From a virus, in IMG/VR virus record IMGVR_UViG_3300025137_000028, positions 9,931 to 73,930 of that record: DNA of 64,000 nt. The stretch is one strand, 5' to 3'. Under the pieces are notes generated by a model. That model saw only the letters and a list, made by a program, of their open reading frames with translations. It was not told the DNA's origin and did no database searches. Shown piece by piece: positions 39,418-47,979 of this stretch (positions within the stretch are counted from its first letter, which is position 1; every line of letters begins with the position of its first letter). The position numbers and the translations under genes were made by a program.

Positions 39418-40018
39418 AAAATTATTTCCTACACCCTTATACATAGGTAACATAGGTGTAAATGAAGACTGGCTAACTTATATTAATTCATTAGATTTTG
39501 AGTTAACTTATTTAAAAAACGGTTTACAAACACAAGACAGACATATACTTTTACATAAAGAATTATCATCATTAAAGAAAAAAATAGATGATGAGTTTGA
39601 GATATATGCTAGAGATAAACTTAGAATAAATAAAAAACATAATTTTGAAATGATAAACTCATGGTGTAATATACATAATCAAGGACATGTAGCACAACCA
39701 CATCATCATCAAAATAGTATGTTTAGTGGTGTGTATTATTTACAATCAACAGAGAATACAGGTGCTATTAAGTTTAATCAAAGTCCTTTTAAGAGTTGGA
39801 ATAATATTATGATTAAATTAGAAATAGATGAAGGAAATGAATTTAATAATGATGAATGTATAATTAATCCTATGCCTGGTACAGTAGTGTTATTTCCGTC
39901 TTGCGTTTCACATGAAACAGATGTAAACAATACAACACATCAAAGATATTCACTTGCCTTTAATTACTTTCCTAGAGGTCAGTTTGGTGATAAAGAATCA
40001 TACTTGGAGATAAAATAA
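39398..40018 (+). CDS. 2OG-Fe(II) oxygenase (TIGR02466-like)
   Basis: LFPTP, SWCN...HHH.NS.FSGVYY and FPS..H...RYSLAFN motifs. Confidence 0.85.
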   Translation: MSKNEIKKLFPTPLYIGNIGVNEDWLTYINSLDFELTYLKNGLQTQDRHILLHKELSSLKKKIDDEFEIYARDKLRINKKHNFEMINSWCNIHNQGHVAQPHHHQNSMFSGVYYLQSTENTGAIKFNQSPFKSWNNIMIKLEIDEGNEFNNDECIINPMPGTVVLFPSCVSHETDVNNTTHQRYSLAFNYFPRGQFGDKESYLEIK

Positions 40019-40617
40019 TGAATGTAGAAATTACAGATGACTTTATAGGAATATTTGATAATTTTTTTACAGACGAATATATTGAAAATTATATTACTTA
40101 CTTTGAAAAAATGAATAAAAACAATTTAACTTTCAAAAGAGAGTTTAGTCCTAGCCATGAAGTTGATGACACAGCATTTGATGAGCTTTCAGAACCATTT
40201 TATATAAAAGAATTACCTGTACATTACATGGCAAAAAATTTTATTGATATATTTTTTAATCAAAAACATGGACCATATCAAAGATATATTGAAAAGTTTA
40301 GTATTTTAAAAACACAAGGTAGACACTCAATATTTGATATAAAGATACAAAAGACAGAGCCAGGTCAAGGGTATCATATTTGGCATGTAGAAAATAGCCA
40401 ATTAACTAGTAGAAATAGAGTTACTGCTTTTACATTGTACTTAAATGATGTAGAAGATGGTGGCGAGACAGAGTTTTTATATCAAAAAAGAAGAATTAAA
40501 CCTAAGAAAAATAGATTAGTTATTTGGCCTGCTCATTTTACTCATGTACATAGAGGAAATCCACCCTTATCAAATGACAAATATATTTTAACTGGTTGGA
40601 CTGAATACTCTTATTAA
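40018..40617 (+). CDS. 2OG-Fe(II) oxygenase
   Basis: GYHIWHVE, YLNDVEDGGETEF and HRGNPP..KYILTGW motifs. Confidence 0.9.
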   Translation: MNVEITDDFIGIFDNFFTDEYIENYITYFEKMNKNNLTFKREFSPSHEVDDTAFDELSEPFYIKELPVHYMAKNFIDIFFNQKHGPYQRYIEKFSILKTQGRHSIFDIKIQKTEPGQGYHIWHVENSQLTSRNRVTAFTLYLNDVEDGGETEFLYQKRRIKPKKNRLVIWPAHFTHVHRGNPPLSNDKYILTGWTEYSY

Positions 40618-41132
40618 TGAAAATACAAGTTGACGATTATAAATTTTACAGACATACAAACTTTATGGATAAATCCTATAAAGAAAAGTATATTTCTGAT
40701 ATTGATAAAGTCATATCAGACGGACATGTAGCTAGTAGTAATGTGCCACCTTTACAAACTAAAACAGACTTATATGATCATGTAAAATTTTTAAATCGTT
40801 GGATTGAACTACAAATAAAAATAAAAACAATTATAGAAGAAAATATAGGTAAAGTACAACTCACTGAAAGTTGGGCAAATATTAGTAGAGAAGATAATAG
40901 ATTTAGTTTTCATACACACAAAAGAGATATAACTGCTGTATATTATTTAAAAAACAATTATACTAATTACGGCACACAAATAGATGATAAAGTAATTATA
41001 CCTGGTTTAGAAAACTCAGTGTTAATATTTGATGGCAAGATAAATCATAGTATTATTAATATGCCTTTTGAGTTAGCAGTACACCCACACAACAATAGAT
41101 ATTCAGTAGTATTTGATTATGACACCATATAA
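40617..41132 (+). CDS. 2OG-Fe(II) oxygenase-like protein
   Basis: SWAN...FHTH...AVYY...GT...IFDG...H...RYSVVF. Confidence 0.65.
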   Translation: MKIQVDDYKFYRHTNFMDKSYKEKYISDIDKVISDGHVASSNVPPLQTKTDLYDHVKFLNRWIELQIKIKTIIEENIGKVQLTESWANISREDNRFSFHTHKRDITAVYYLKNNYTNYGTQIDDKVIIPGLENSVLIFDGKINHSIINMPFELAVHPHNNRYSVVFDYDTI

Positions 41133-41871
41133 TTTTCCTAAATTAGTTATTGAACAACATGATGGCTTTCATATAGTAAGAGACGACTTACTAGAAGGTG
41201 GTTCTAAAAGAAGATTTGTAGATAGGTATATGAGAGAAGAGATAGAAGAAGGTGCCGAAGAGTTTGTATATGGCGGTTGTCCAGCAAACGGTTATGCTCA
41301 ATTATCTCTTACATTACAAGCGAATCACTATGGTAAAAAAGCTGTTTTTTTCATGGCTAAAAGATCATTAGATAATTTACACCCTTATCAAAAACAAGCA
41401 TTAGACTATGGTGCTGACATTAGGTGGGTACCTAATGGTATGTTACAAGTCACAAAAGCAAGAGCCAGAGAGTATTTTTATGAGGATCCTATAAGACGTA
41501 GAATATTACCATTAGGGCTAGAAGAAAAAAGAGTATTTGAAGATATAAGGGACCTTGCCAAAAACATAGAAATAGTGTATAGTATAAAGATTAGTGAAAT
41601 TTGGTCAGTAGGATCAAGTGGCACTTTAACAAGAGGATTACAAATGGCGTTTCCAGACAAAGAAGTACATTGTGTTTCAGTAGGTCACAAAATGGCTCAA
41701 CATGAAATAGGAAGAGCAAATTTGTATTTAAGTAAATATAAGTTTACACAAGAAGTTAAAGAAGAAGATAAACCACCTTTTCCATCTGTGCCGACTTATG
41801 ACGCAAAAGCATGGTCAATTATGAAAGAACATGCTAAACCAAACGCACTATTTTGGAATGTAGGAAAATGA
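41119..41871 (+). CDS. PLP-dependent enzyme, fold type II (ACC deaminase / D-cysteine desulfhydrase-like)
   Basis: RDDLL.GGSKRR (PLP lysine), GSSGT phosphate loop, YDAKAW and LFWN motifs. Confidence 0.8.
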   Translation: MTPYNFPKLVIEQHDGFHIVRDDLLEGGSKRRFVDRYMREEIEEGAEEFVYGGCPANGYAQLSLTLQANHYGKKAVFFMAKRSLDNLHPYQKQALDYGADIRWVPNGMLQVTKARAREYFYEDPIRRRILPLGLEEKRVFEDIRDLAKNIEIVYSIKISEIWSVGSSGTLTRGLQMAFPDKEVHCVSVGHKMAQHEIGRANLYLSKYKFTQEVKEEDKPPFPSVPTYDAKAWSIMKEHAKPNALFWNVGK

Positions 41872-42053
41872 CATATAAAACACACGAAGAAAAACAAAAA
41901 GTATTAGACGAAAAAATGAAAAAGTTTTTAGAGAAAGGTAAGTCAATTGAAAAACTACCACCTGGCTCTGCTTACAATCTAGGATCACTAGACTTTCATG
42001 GCAAACCTAGATATACAGCTTTAGAAATTAAAGCAGGTAAAGACAAAAAATGA
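41868..42053 (+). CDS. Small hypothetical protein
   Basis: FLEKGKSIEKLP motif; ATGA overlaps at both ends. Confidence 0.6.
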   Translation: MTYKTHEEKQKVLDEKMKKFLEKGKSIEKLPPGSAYNLGSLDFHGKPRYTALEIKAGKDKK

Positions 42054-42199
42054 GTAGAGGTGTATTAAAAATTATAGCTAAGTTAAGAATGCTATGGGCA
42101 GACATAAGAGGTCATCATGGCAAAGTATGGGATTATGAACCTGGTGATTATTATATGGGTAGCCATAAAGGTCATAAAAAACATCAAAAGAAAAAATGA
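42050..42199 (+). CDS. Small hypothetical protein (49 aa, not in ORF track)
   Basis: MSRGVLKIIAKLRMLWADIRGHHGKVWDYEPGDYYMGSHKGHKKHQKKK; ATGA overlaps with both neighbours. Confidence 0.6.
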   Translation: MSRGVLKIIAKLRMLWADIRGHHGKVWDYEPGDYYMGSHKGHKKHQKKK

Positions 42200-43275
42200 G
42201 TGATATATTACAAAACACACACGATACAATAAAAGACAAAGGCTTTCCTTATTATCCTAAAGATAAGAAATGGCGAGACGACAAGTATAATCTTTTAATG
42301 GCATTTAAAAGAGATACTATGATAGATAGAAAAACTAAAGTCATAGGTCAATCTGCTCATGGTTTAAATCTCGCATGGTCTTATATGGAACATGCTTGGG
42401 GTATTAAGTGTGGTAAAATGAAGACACCTATGGAAGTTTGGGATGATGAAGAACATCTTAAAAAAGGTATAAACAAAATTTTAACAGGCACATTTTTTAC
42501 ACAAAAGAAACCACACGAAATAACAGACTCAGATATGAGATCAATGTTAAGAAGATACTCAGGCACACAAATGGTTTCTAATTTTAGACCTACGGCTGCC
42601 GCTGCCTTATATGATGTATTTGTAGAAAAAGATAGTCCTTTAGAAGGCACAACGGCAGGTTTAGTATGGGATCCTAGTATGGGTTATGGTGGTAGATTAT
42701 TAGGGGCAATTGCTGCTGGTGTTAATTACATAGGCACAGATCCTTGTATACCGACATACGATGGTTTACAAAACATATTAATGGATTATGGTCATACACA
42801 CAAACAATATTCATTACTAAGACAAGGTAGTGAAACGTATATACCTGAAGAAAATAGTTTAGACTTTGTATTTACAAGTCCACCTTACTTTGGTTGGGAA
42901 GCATATGGTGATGAGCCAGAACAATCTAGTATTAAGTTTAATACAAGTGATATGTGGAAAGAACACTTTTTAAAGAAGACAATTGCTAATGCTTATAAAG
43001 GTTTAAAACCAGGTAAACATTTAGCACTTAATGTTGCTAATACAAAACAGTATAAAACGTTTGAAGAGGATACTGTACAATTAGCCATTGATTGTGGTTT
43101 TGAACATACTGATACTTGGTGGTTGTCATTATCTACACAACAAGGTGGATCAGAAACATCAACATTAGATGGTGAAATAACTGAAAAGAAACAAACACAA
43201 AGATATATGGGCAAGTTTGAAAGACCGAATCAATCAGGTAGAAAGTTTGAACCTACGTTTATATTTACAAAATGA
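42196..43275 (+). CDS. DNA amino-methyltransferase (SPPY type)
   Basis: SAM motif DPSMGYGG, YIGTDP, catalytic FTSPPYF. Confidence 0.85.
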   Translation: MSDILQNTHDTIKDKGFPYYPKDKKWRDDKYNLLMAFKRDTMIDRKTKVIGQSAHGLNLAWSYMEHAWGIKCGKMKTPMEVWDDEEHLKKGINKILTGTFFTQKKPHEITDSDMRSMLRRYSGTQMVSNFRPTAAAALYDVFVEKDSPLEGTTAGLVWDPSMGYGGRLLGAIAAGVNYIGTDPCIPTYDGLQNILMDYGHTHKQYSLLRQGSETYIPEENSLDFVFTSPPYFGWEAYGDEPEQSSIKFNTSDMWKEHFLKKTIANAYKGLKPGKHLALNVANTKQYKTFEEDTVQLAIDCGFEHTDTWWLSLSTQQGGSETSTLDGEITEKKQTQRYMGKFERPNQSGRKFEPTFIFTK

Positions 43276-43290
43276 GAACAAAACAAGAAC
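43276..43290. promoter_or_regulatory. Alphaproteobacterial-type LexA (SOS) box
   Basis: GAAC-AAAACAA-GAAC matches GAAC-N7-GAAC; intergenic, upstream of a promoter. Confidence 0.6.
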
Positions 43291-43333
43291 ATAAATAGTC
43301 AAAAACCTAGTAAATATAGGGATATATAAACGC

Positions 43334-43362
43334 TTGACTTTTGAAACGTTTTCCTATATTAT
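43334..43362 (+). promoter_or_regulatory. Sigma70-type promoter (predicted leaderless)
   Basis: TTGACT-N17-TATTAT; 6 nt to ATG 43369. Confidence 0.7.
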
Positions 43363-43368
43363 AATAGT

Positions 43369-45636
43369 ATGACTACACAAATAAACATTAATACTAAATC
43401 TCAATTAGCAAAACTTATTGCTACAGAAAATCTTACAGTACAACATAACAACGTCAAAACTGCTAGTTTTGATACATTAAATAGAATACTTACTTTACCT
43501 ATTTTTAAAATACAAACAGGTGACATATACGATATGTTAATAGCACATGAATGTTCACATGCTTTATTTACACCTACTAAAAGTTGGCAAACAATTGCTA
43601 GTGATGATGAGTTAAGAGCTTATGTAAATGTTATTGAAGATTGTCGTATAGATAAAAAAATTCAAAAGAAATATCCAGGTGTTGTTAAAAACTATTTACA
43701 AGGGTTTGATGACATGATGTCTAAAAACTTCTTTGGTTTAGATGGCAAAGATGTTAATACAGACTTAATGTTAATTGATAAAATTAATATGTACTACAAA
43801 TCTTCAAAAAGATTAGACATTAAATTTAATGCTTCAGATAAACTATGGATTAAAAAAGTTGATGAAGTAAAATCTTTTAAAGATGTTGTTCAATTAGCCA
43901 AAAAGATGTTAGATTGGCAGAAAAAACAATTACAGAAATTAAAAAAACTACCTGATTTTGATACACATCCTTTAGTTGAAAACTATAATTTAGATAAAAA
44001 CAAAGACTCAGATAATAATGTTAACACTAAAGATAGTGATTCTGCTGATAACAAATCAGACAATTCTAATGAATCAAATGAAGATGGTACAGATGAAAAA
44101 GACGGTTCTTCTTTAAATGATACAAATGAAGGTGATTCAAAATCAGATGAAAAAGATAGTGAACAAATTGCTAATGATCTAGGTGCTGGGTCAGGTGCTA
44201 CTAAGGGTTTTAGTAAATTGAAAGCAGTAACTAATATTAGTTTAGATAGTAATAAAGAAAGATTATATGATAATAGTAAATCATTTAATTATTGTTCTTT
44301 GCCAGATGTTAAATTAAAAAATGTTATTATTGATTACAAGAAATTTATTAAAGATATGAGATCACATATTGCTTTAAAAAGAAAAGAAGGTTTAAGTGGT
44401 GATATAACTCAATATATTAATTGGTTAAAAAATGATTTTACTAAGTTTAAAACTGATAACAAAAAAACTGTAATGTATCTTGTTAAAGAATTTGAAATGA
44501 AAAAAGCTGCCACTGCTTATAAAAAATCTTCTACTGATAAAACAGGTGTTATTGATCCTCTTAAATTAAAAAATTACAAATTTAGTGATGATATATTTAA
44601 AAGATTAACTGTATTGCCTGATTCTAAAAATCATGGTATGATAATGTTATTAGATTGGTCAGGTTCTATGAGTGATATATTGATGAAAACAGTAGAACAA
44701 TTAATTAACTTAGTTTCATTTTGTCAAAAGATTAATATACCATATGAAGTTTACTTTTTTAATAGTACAAGAGACTCAACAAGAGGACTTGATAAAACAT
44801 GTTTTAATTATAAACATGGCGATATGGTATTTGACAATTTTGTGTTAGTTAATATCGCTAGCCATAGAATGAATAAAAGAGATTTAGATGAGTCTTTAAT
44901 GTATCTATACAGTATGGCAGATTATTTTTCTGATAGATATAGTTCTTGGAGAGACTTAAATAATGATTATCAAAAAGGTCACAATTACGGTATGCCAGAT
45001 AACTATTGGTTAGGTAATACACCTTTAAATGAGGCGCTAGTTGCTTGTGATAAAGTAATTAAATTATTCAAACAAAAATATAATATTGAAAAACTAAGTT
45101 TTATTACTCTTACTGACGGTGCTTCAAATTATACTAGAGGTAAAGTTGAGAATACAGATACCGGATTAGAAAGAGGTGATATGCCTTATGACGGTGTGCT
45201 TGTTATTAAAGACGGTAAAAAATCTTATGTTATAGATAAAGATGATGAACACTATTATTCAGGTGAAAAAGTTACTTCTTCTATTTTACATGTAATTAAG
45301 AAAAAACACAATGTTAAAACTATCGGTTTTTATATGATTAAAAGAACAAGAGGTTATGAGACAAGTAGATTTTTCAGTACAATGGGTAGAGATAGTGATA
45401 AGGCTTTAAAAAGAAAACAAGCTTTTGCTAAAGATAAAGTATGTACAGTTGATAAAAAAGGTTATGATGAATACTTTTTAGTTAATGTTAAAAACATGGC
45501 AGTACAAAATACTGACTTGTCATCATTAAAAAGTGATATGAAGGCTGGTAGAATCAAACAAATATTCAGTAAAAGTATGAAAGGACGAATCACTTCCAGA
45601 GTGCTTTTAAACAAATTTATACAGAATGTCGCTTAA
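43369..45636 (+). CDS. CobT-like protein: HExxH metallopeptidase-like N-domain plus vWA domain
   Basis: HECSH, NVIED.RI, MIDAS DWSGS, TPL and LTDG motifs; next to a MoxR-type ATPase. Confidence 0.8.
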   Translation: MTTQININTKSQLAKLIATENLTVQHNNVKTASFDTLNRILTLPIFKIQTGDIYDMLIAHECSHALFTPTKSWQTIASDDELRAYVNVIEDCRIDKKIQKKYPGVVKNYLQGFDDMMSKNFFGLDGKDVNTDLMLIDKINMYYKSSKRLDIKFNASDKLWIKKVDEVKSFKDVVQLAKKMLDWQKKQLQKLKKLPDFDTHPLVENYNLDKNKDSDNNVNTKDSDSADNKSDNSNESNEDGTDEKDGSSLNDTNEGDSKSDEKDSEQIANDLGAGSGATKGFSKLKAVTNISLDSNKERLYDNSKSFNYCSLPDVKLKNVIIDYKKFIKDMRSHIALKRKEGLSGDITQYINWLKNDFTKFKTDNKKTVMYLVKEFEMKKAATAYKKSSTDKTGVIDPLKLKNYKFSDDIFKRLTVLPDSKNHGMIMLLDWSGSMSDILMKTVEQLINLVSFCQKINIPYEVYFFNSTRDSTRGLDKTCFNYKHGDMVFDNFVLVNIASHRMNKRDLDESLMYLYSMADYFSDRYSSWRDLNNDYQKGHNYGMPDNYWLGNTPLNEALVACDKVIKLFKQKYNIEKLSFITLTDGASNYTRGKVENTDTGLERGDMPYDGVLVIKDGKKSYVIDKDDEHYYSGEKVTSSILHVIKKKHNVKTIGFYMIKRTRGYETSRFFSTMGRDSDKALKRKQAFAKDKVCTVDKKGYDEYFLVNVKNMAVQNTDLSSLKSDMKAGRIKQIFSKSMKGRITSRVLLNKFIQNVA

Positions 45637-45667
45637 AATGTCAATAAAACTAGGGTTATTTAATGGC

Positions 45668-45696
45668 TTGACAATCGTACAAAAAGGTGATACCAT
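45668..45696 (+). promoter_or_regulatory. Sigma70-type promoter
   Basis: TTGACA-N17-TACCAT with TG extension. Confidence 0.65.
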
Positions 45697-45727
45697 ATAT
45701 TAATAAATGAAGAAAGGACAATACACT

Positions 45728-46951
45728 ATGTTAAATGTAAAACAACAAGACTTTGTTAATCATGCTTATAAGCTGTTTAATAAAGACGTTTTAACTATTG
45801 ATGAGTTAAAACAAGCCAATAAAAAGTTTGGCTGTAAGTATCCACCACAATGGTTGACTAAAAATAAAGACTATAAAGTTGATACTAAAAAATATAAATT
45901 GCCACTAGATGGTGATTTAACTGTATCTACTCAACCAGAGACGGAAAAAGTATTAGATACTAAAGTACCTGAAGTAGAAAAGACTCAGACCGAGGCTGCC
46001 TATGTAGTTTCATCTTTAGTTGGCAATATTGTGCCGAAAAAAGATCCTGTCTTTGTTTCTTTCGGTAACTATACAGATGTAAAATCTATTATCAAGTCAG
46101 GCAAATTTTATCCTGTGTTTATTACAGGCTTGTCTGGTAACGGTAAAACAATGGGTGTTACTCAGGCTTGTGCCGAAAACAAAAAAGAATTAATCAGAGT
46201 AAACATTACAATTGAAACAGATGAAGATGATTTACTAGGTGGTTATAGACTTAAAGATGGTCATACTGTCTGGCAGAATGGTCCTGTTATTGAGGCAATG
46301 GAGAGAGGTGCTGTCTTGTTATTAGATGAGATTGACCTTGCTTCTAATAAGATAATGTGTTTACAACCGATATTAGAAGGTTCAGGTGTGTTTGTTAAAA
46401 AGATTAACAAGTATATAAAACCTAAAGACGGCTTTAACGTGTTTGCTACTGCCAATACTAAAGGGCAAGGTAGTGAAGATGGTAAGTTTATCGGTACTAA
46501 TATTCTTAATGAGGCATTTTTAGAAAGATTTCCTGTTACTTTTGAACAGAAATATCCTTCAGTTTCAATTGAGAAAAAAATACTTAACAACACTTTAAAA
46601 GTTGCTGGTAAATCAGATGTTAAGTTTGTTGACAAGTTAACTACTTGGGCAGACGTTATCAGAAAAACTTATTTTGACGGTGGTGTTGATGAGATTATCT
46701 CAACTAGAAGACTGGTTCATATAGTTCAAGCTTTTGCTATCTTTGGCAATAAGATGAAAGCTGTTGAAGTATGTACTAATAGATTTGATGATGATACAAA
46801 AAATTCGTTTGTTGAGTTATATACTAAAGTTGACGCTGGTGCCAATGCTGAAAGCATTATGGAAGACCAGAAGAAAGCTGATTTAGCTGAACAATTGGAT
46901 GACAATGATAGTGAGTCTGATAGTGAGGAAGATGATTCTGATACTATTTAA
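45728..46951 (+). CDS. cobS: CobS-like MoxR AAA+ ATPase
   Basis: GLSGNGKT, LLDEID, TANTKG and EAFLERF motifs; start chosen from AAAGGA SD (45707 possible). Confidence 0.88.
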   Translation: MLNVKQQDFVNHAYKLFNKDVLTIDELKQANKKFGCKYPPQWLTKNKDYKVDTKKYKLPLDGDLTVSTQPETEKVLDTKVPEVEKTQTEAAYVVSSLVGNIVPKKDPVFVSFGNYTDVKSIIKSGKFYPVFITGLSGNGKTMGVTQACAENKKELIRVNITIETDEDDLLGGYRLKDGHTVWQNGPVIEAMERGAVLLLDEIDLASNKIMCLQPILEGSGVFVKKINKYIKPKDGFNVFATANTKGQGSEDGKFIGTNILNEAFLERFPVTFEQKYPSVSIEKKILNNTLKVAGKSDVKFVDKLTTWADVIRKTYFDGGVDEIISTRRLVHIVQAFAIFGNKMKAVEVCTNRFDDDTKNSFVELYTKVDAGANAESIMEDQKKADLAEQLDDNDSESDSEEDDSDTI

Positions 46952-47036
46952 ATCTATCCGTAGTGTAGTCCTTGGTGGTGGGGTTGTGCCCACCACCGTT
47001 CATACGCTATATAACTTGAAGGGAGGTATATAAATT

Positions 47037-47234
47037 ATGAGAGTTGATGTTAGAAACAATAATGTAGAACAAGCATTAAGAGTTTTAAAGAAAAAATTAA
47101 TGAAAGATGGTCGTCTTAAAGAATTAAAAGAAAGAGCATATTATATTAAACCCTCTGAGTTGAAAAGAGAAGCAAAAAAACGTGGTATTATTAACTATAA
47201 AAAGAACAAAAAAAAACTAGATCAACAACGTTAG
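47037..47234 (+). CDS. rpsU: Ribosomal protein bS21
   Basis: VRNNNVEQALRVLKKK...ELKER.YY.KPS..KR matches bS21; GGGAGG SD. Confidence 0.92.
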   Translation: MRVDVRNNNVEQALRVLKKKLMKDGRLKELKERAYYIKPSELKREAKKRGIINYKKNKKKLDQQR

Positions 47235-47237
47235 AAG

Positions 47238-47396
47238 TTTTTTACGCTGTTTTTGTTGTATATATATTATTGAGGTGGCAATTCATAAGTCCGCTTCAGC
47301 GTAAAAAAGGGAGCCAAGAAACCCGATTTATAAAGTCAAACTTGGCGTCGCTAGGTGATATTTGATACTTTGACACCTTGACAAAATAAAGTATCG
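47238..47396 (+). ncRNA. Candidate structured RNA in the rpsU-hsp20 intergenic region
   Basis: Several nested or alternative stems (see findings); no family recognised. Confidence 0.4.
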
Positions 47397-47410
47397 TACA
47401 TATATAAATA
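47378..47410 (+). promoter_or_regulatory. Overlapping host-type and late promoters of hsp20
   Basis: TTGACA-N17-TATATA plus TATAAATA at 47403-47410. Confidence 0.65.
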
Positions 47411-47415
47411 ACTAT

Positions 47416-47468
47416 GATATGCTCATAAGAGGTATCAAATTTAAACTTGCTTAACAAAGGAGATTAAC
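47416..47468 (+). promoter_or_regulatory. ROSE-like RNA thermometer in the hsp20 5' UTR
   Basis: Hairpin GATATGCTC-ATAA-GAGGTATC, then CTTGCTT-AACA-AAGGAG pairing UUGCU with the SD (bulged G). Confidence 0.65.
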
Positions 47469-47921
47469 ATGACAGATCACAAAGCAATTCACTCAATTTT
47501 TACTGGACTAAAACCGTTTACTGTAGGGTTTGACGATATGTTTGACCATTTAGATATGGTACACAATCACATTCCACATTTAACGGCTAATAACTATCCG
47601 CCATACAATATTGTAAAGACAGGCTCTTTAACATATGACATAGAAGTGGCATTGGCTGGTTATAATAAGAAAGATGTACAAGTAACTTATGAGAATAATA
47701 TGATTAAAATTAACTCTGTAAAAAGTAAAGACGAAAAAGAAGTTGAAGACAATGACGGAATATTACATAAAGGCATTGCTAAAAGAAACTTCTATAAATC
47801 TTTTACTATAGCAGAGGATATTGAGGTAAAAGGTGCTGAATTAAAAGATGGACTTTTAAGAGTATCTTTAGAAAAAATTGTTCCAGACCATAAGAAGGCT
47901 AGAACTATCAATATCAAATAA
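47469..47921 (+). CDS. hsp20: Small heat-shock protein Hsp20 (IbpA-like)
   Basis: NYPPYNI, EVALAG, HKGIAKR.F and DGLL motifs. Confidence 0.95.
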   Translation: MTDHKAIHSIFTGLKPFTVGFDDMFDHLDMVHNHIPHLTANNYPPYNIVKTGSLTYDIEVALAGYNKKDVQVTYENNMIKINSVKSKDEKEVEDNDGILHKGIAKRNFYKSFTIAEDIEVKGAELKDGLLRVSLEKIVPDHKKARTINIK

Positions 47922-47929
47922 TAAATCTT

Positions 47930-47963
47930 AAAGGGCGGAGAGCATTGACTTTCCGCCTTTTTT
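47930..47963 (+). terminator. Rho-independent terminator overlapping the -35 of the dam promoter
   Basis: AAGGGCGGAGAG-CATTGA-CTTTCCGCCTTT plus T tract; TTGACT(47945)-N17-TACTAT. Confidence 0.8.
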
Positions 47964-47979
47964 AATATACTATATCATT

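Noticed and set aside
43369-46951. CobS/CobT as evidence for cobalamin synthesis
   Set aside because: No CobN or other cob genes here; a MoxR AAA+/vWA chaperone pair common in T4-like phages is more plausible
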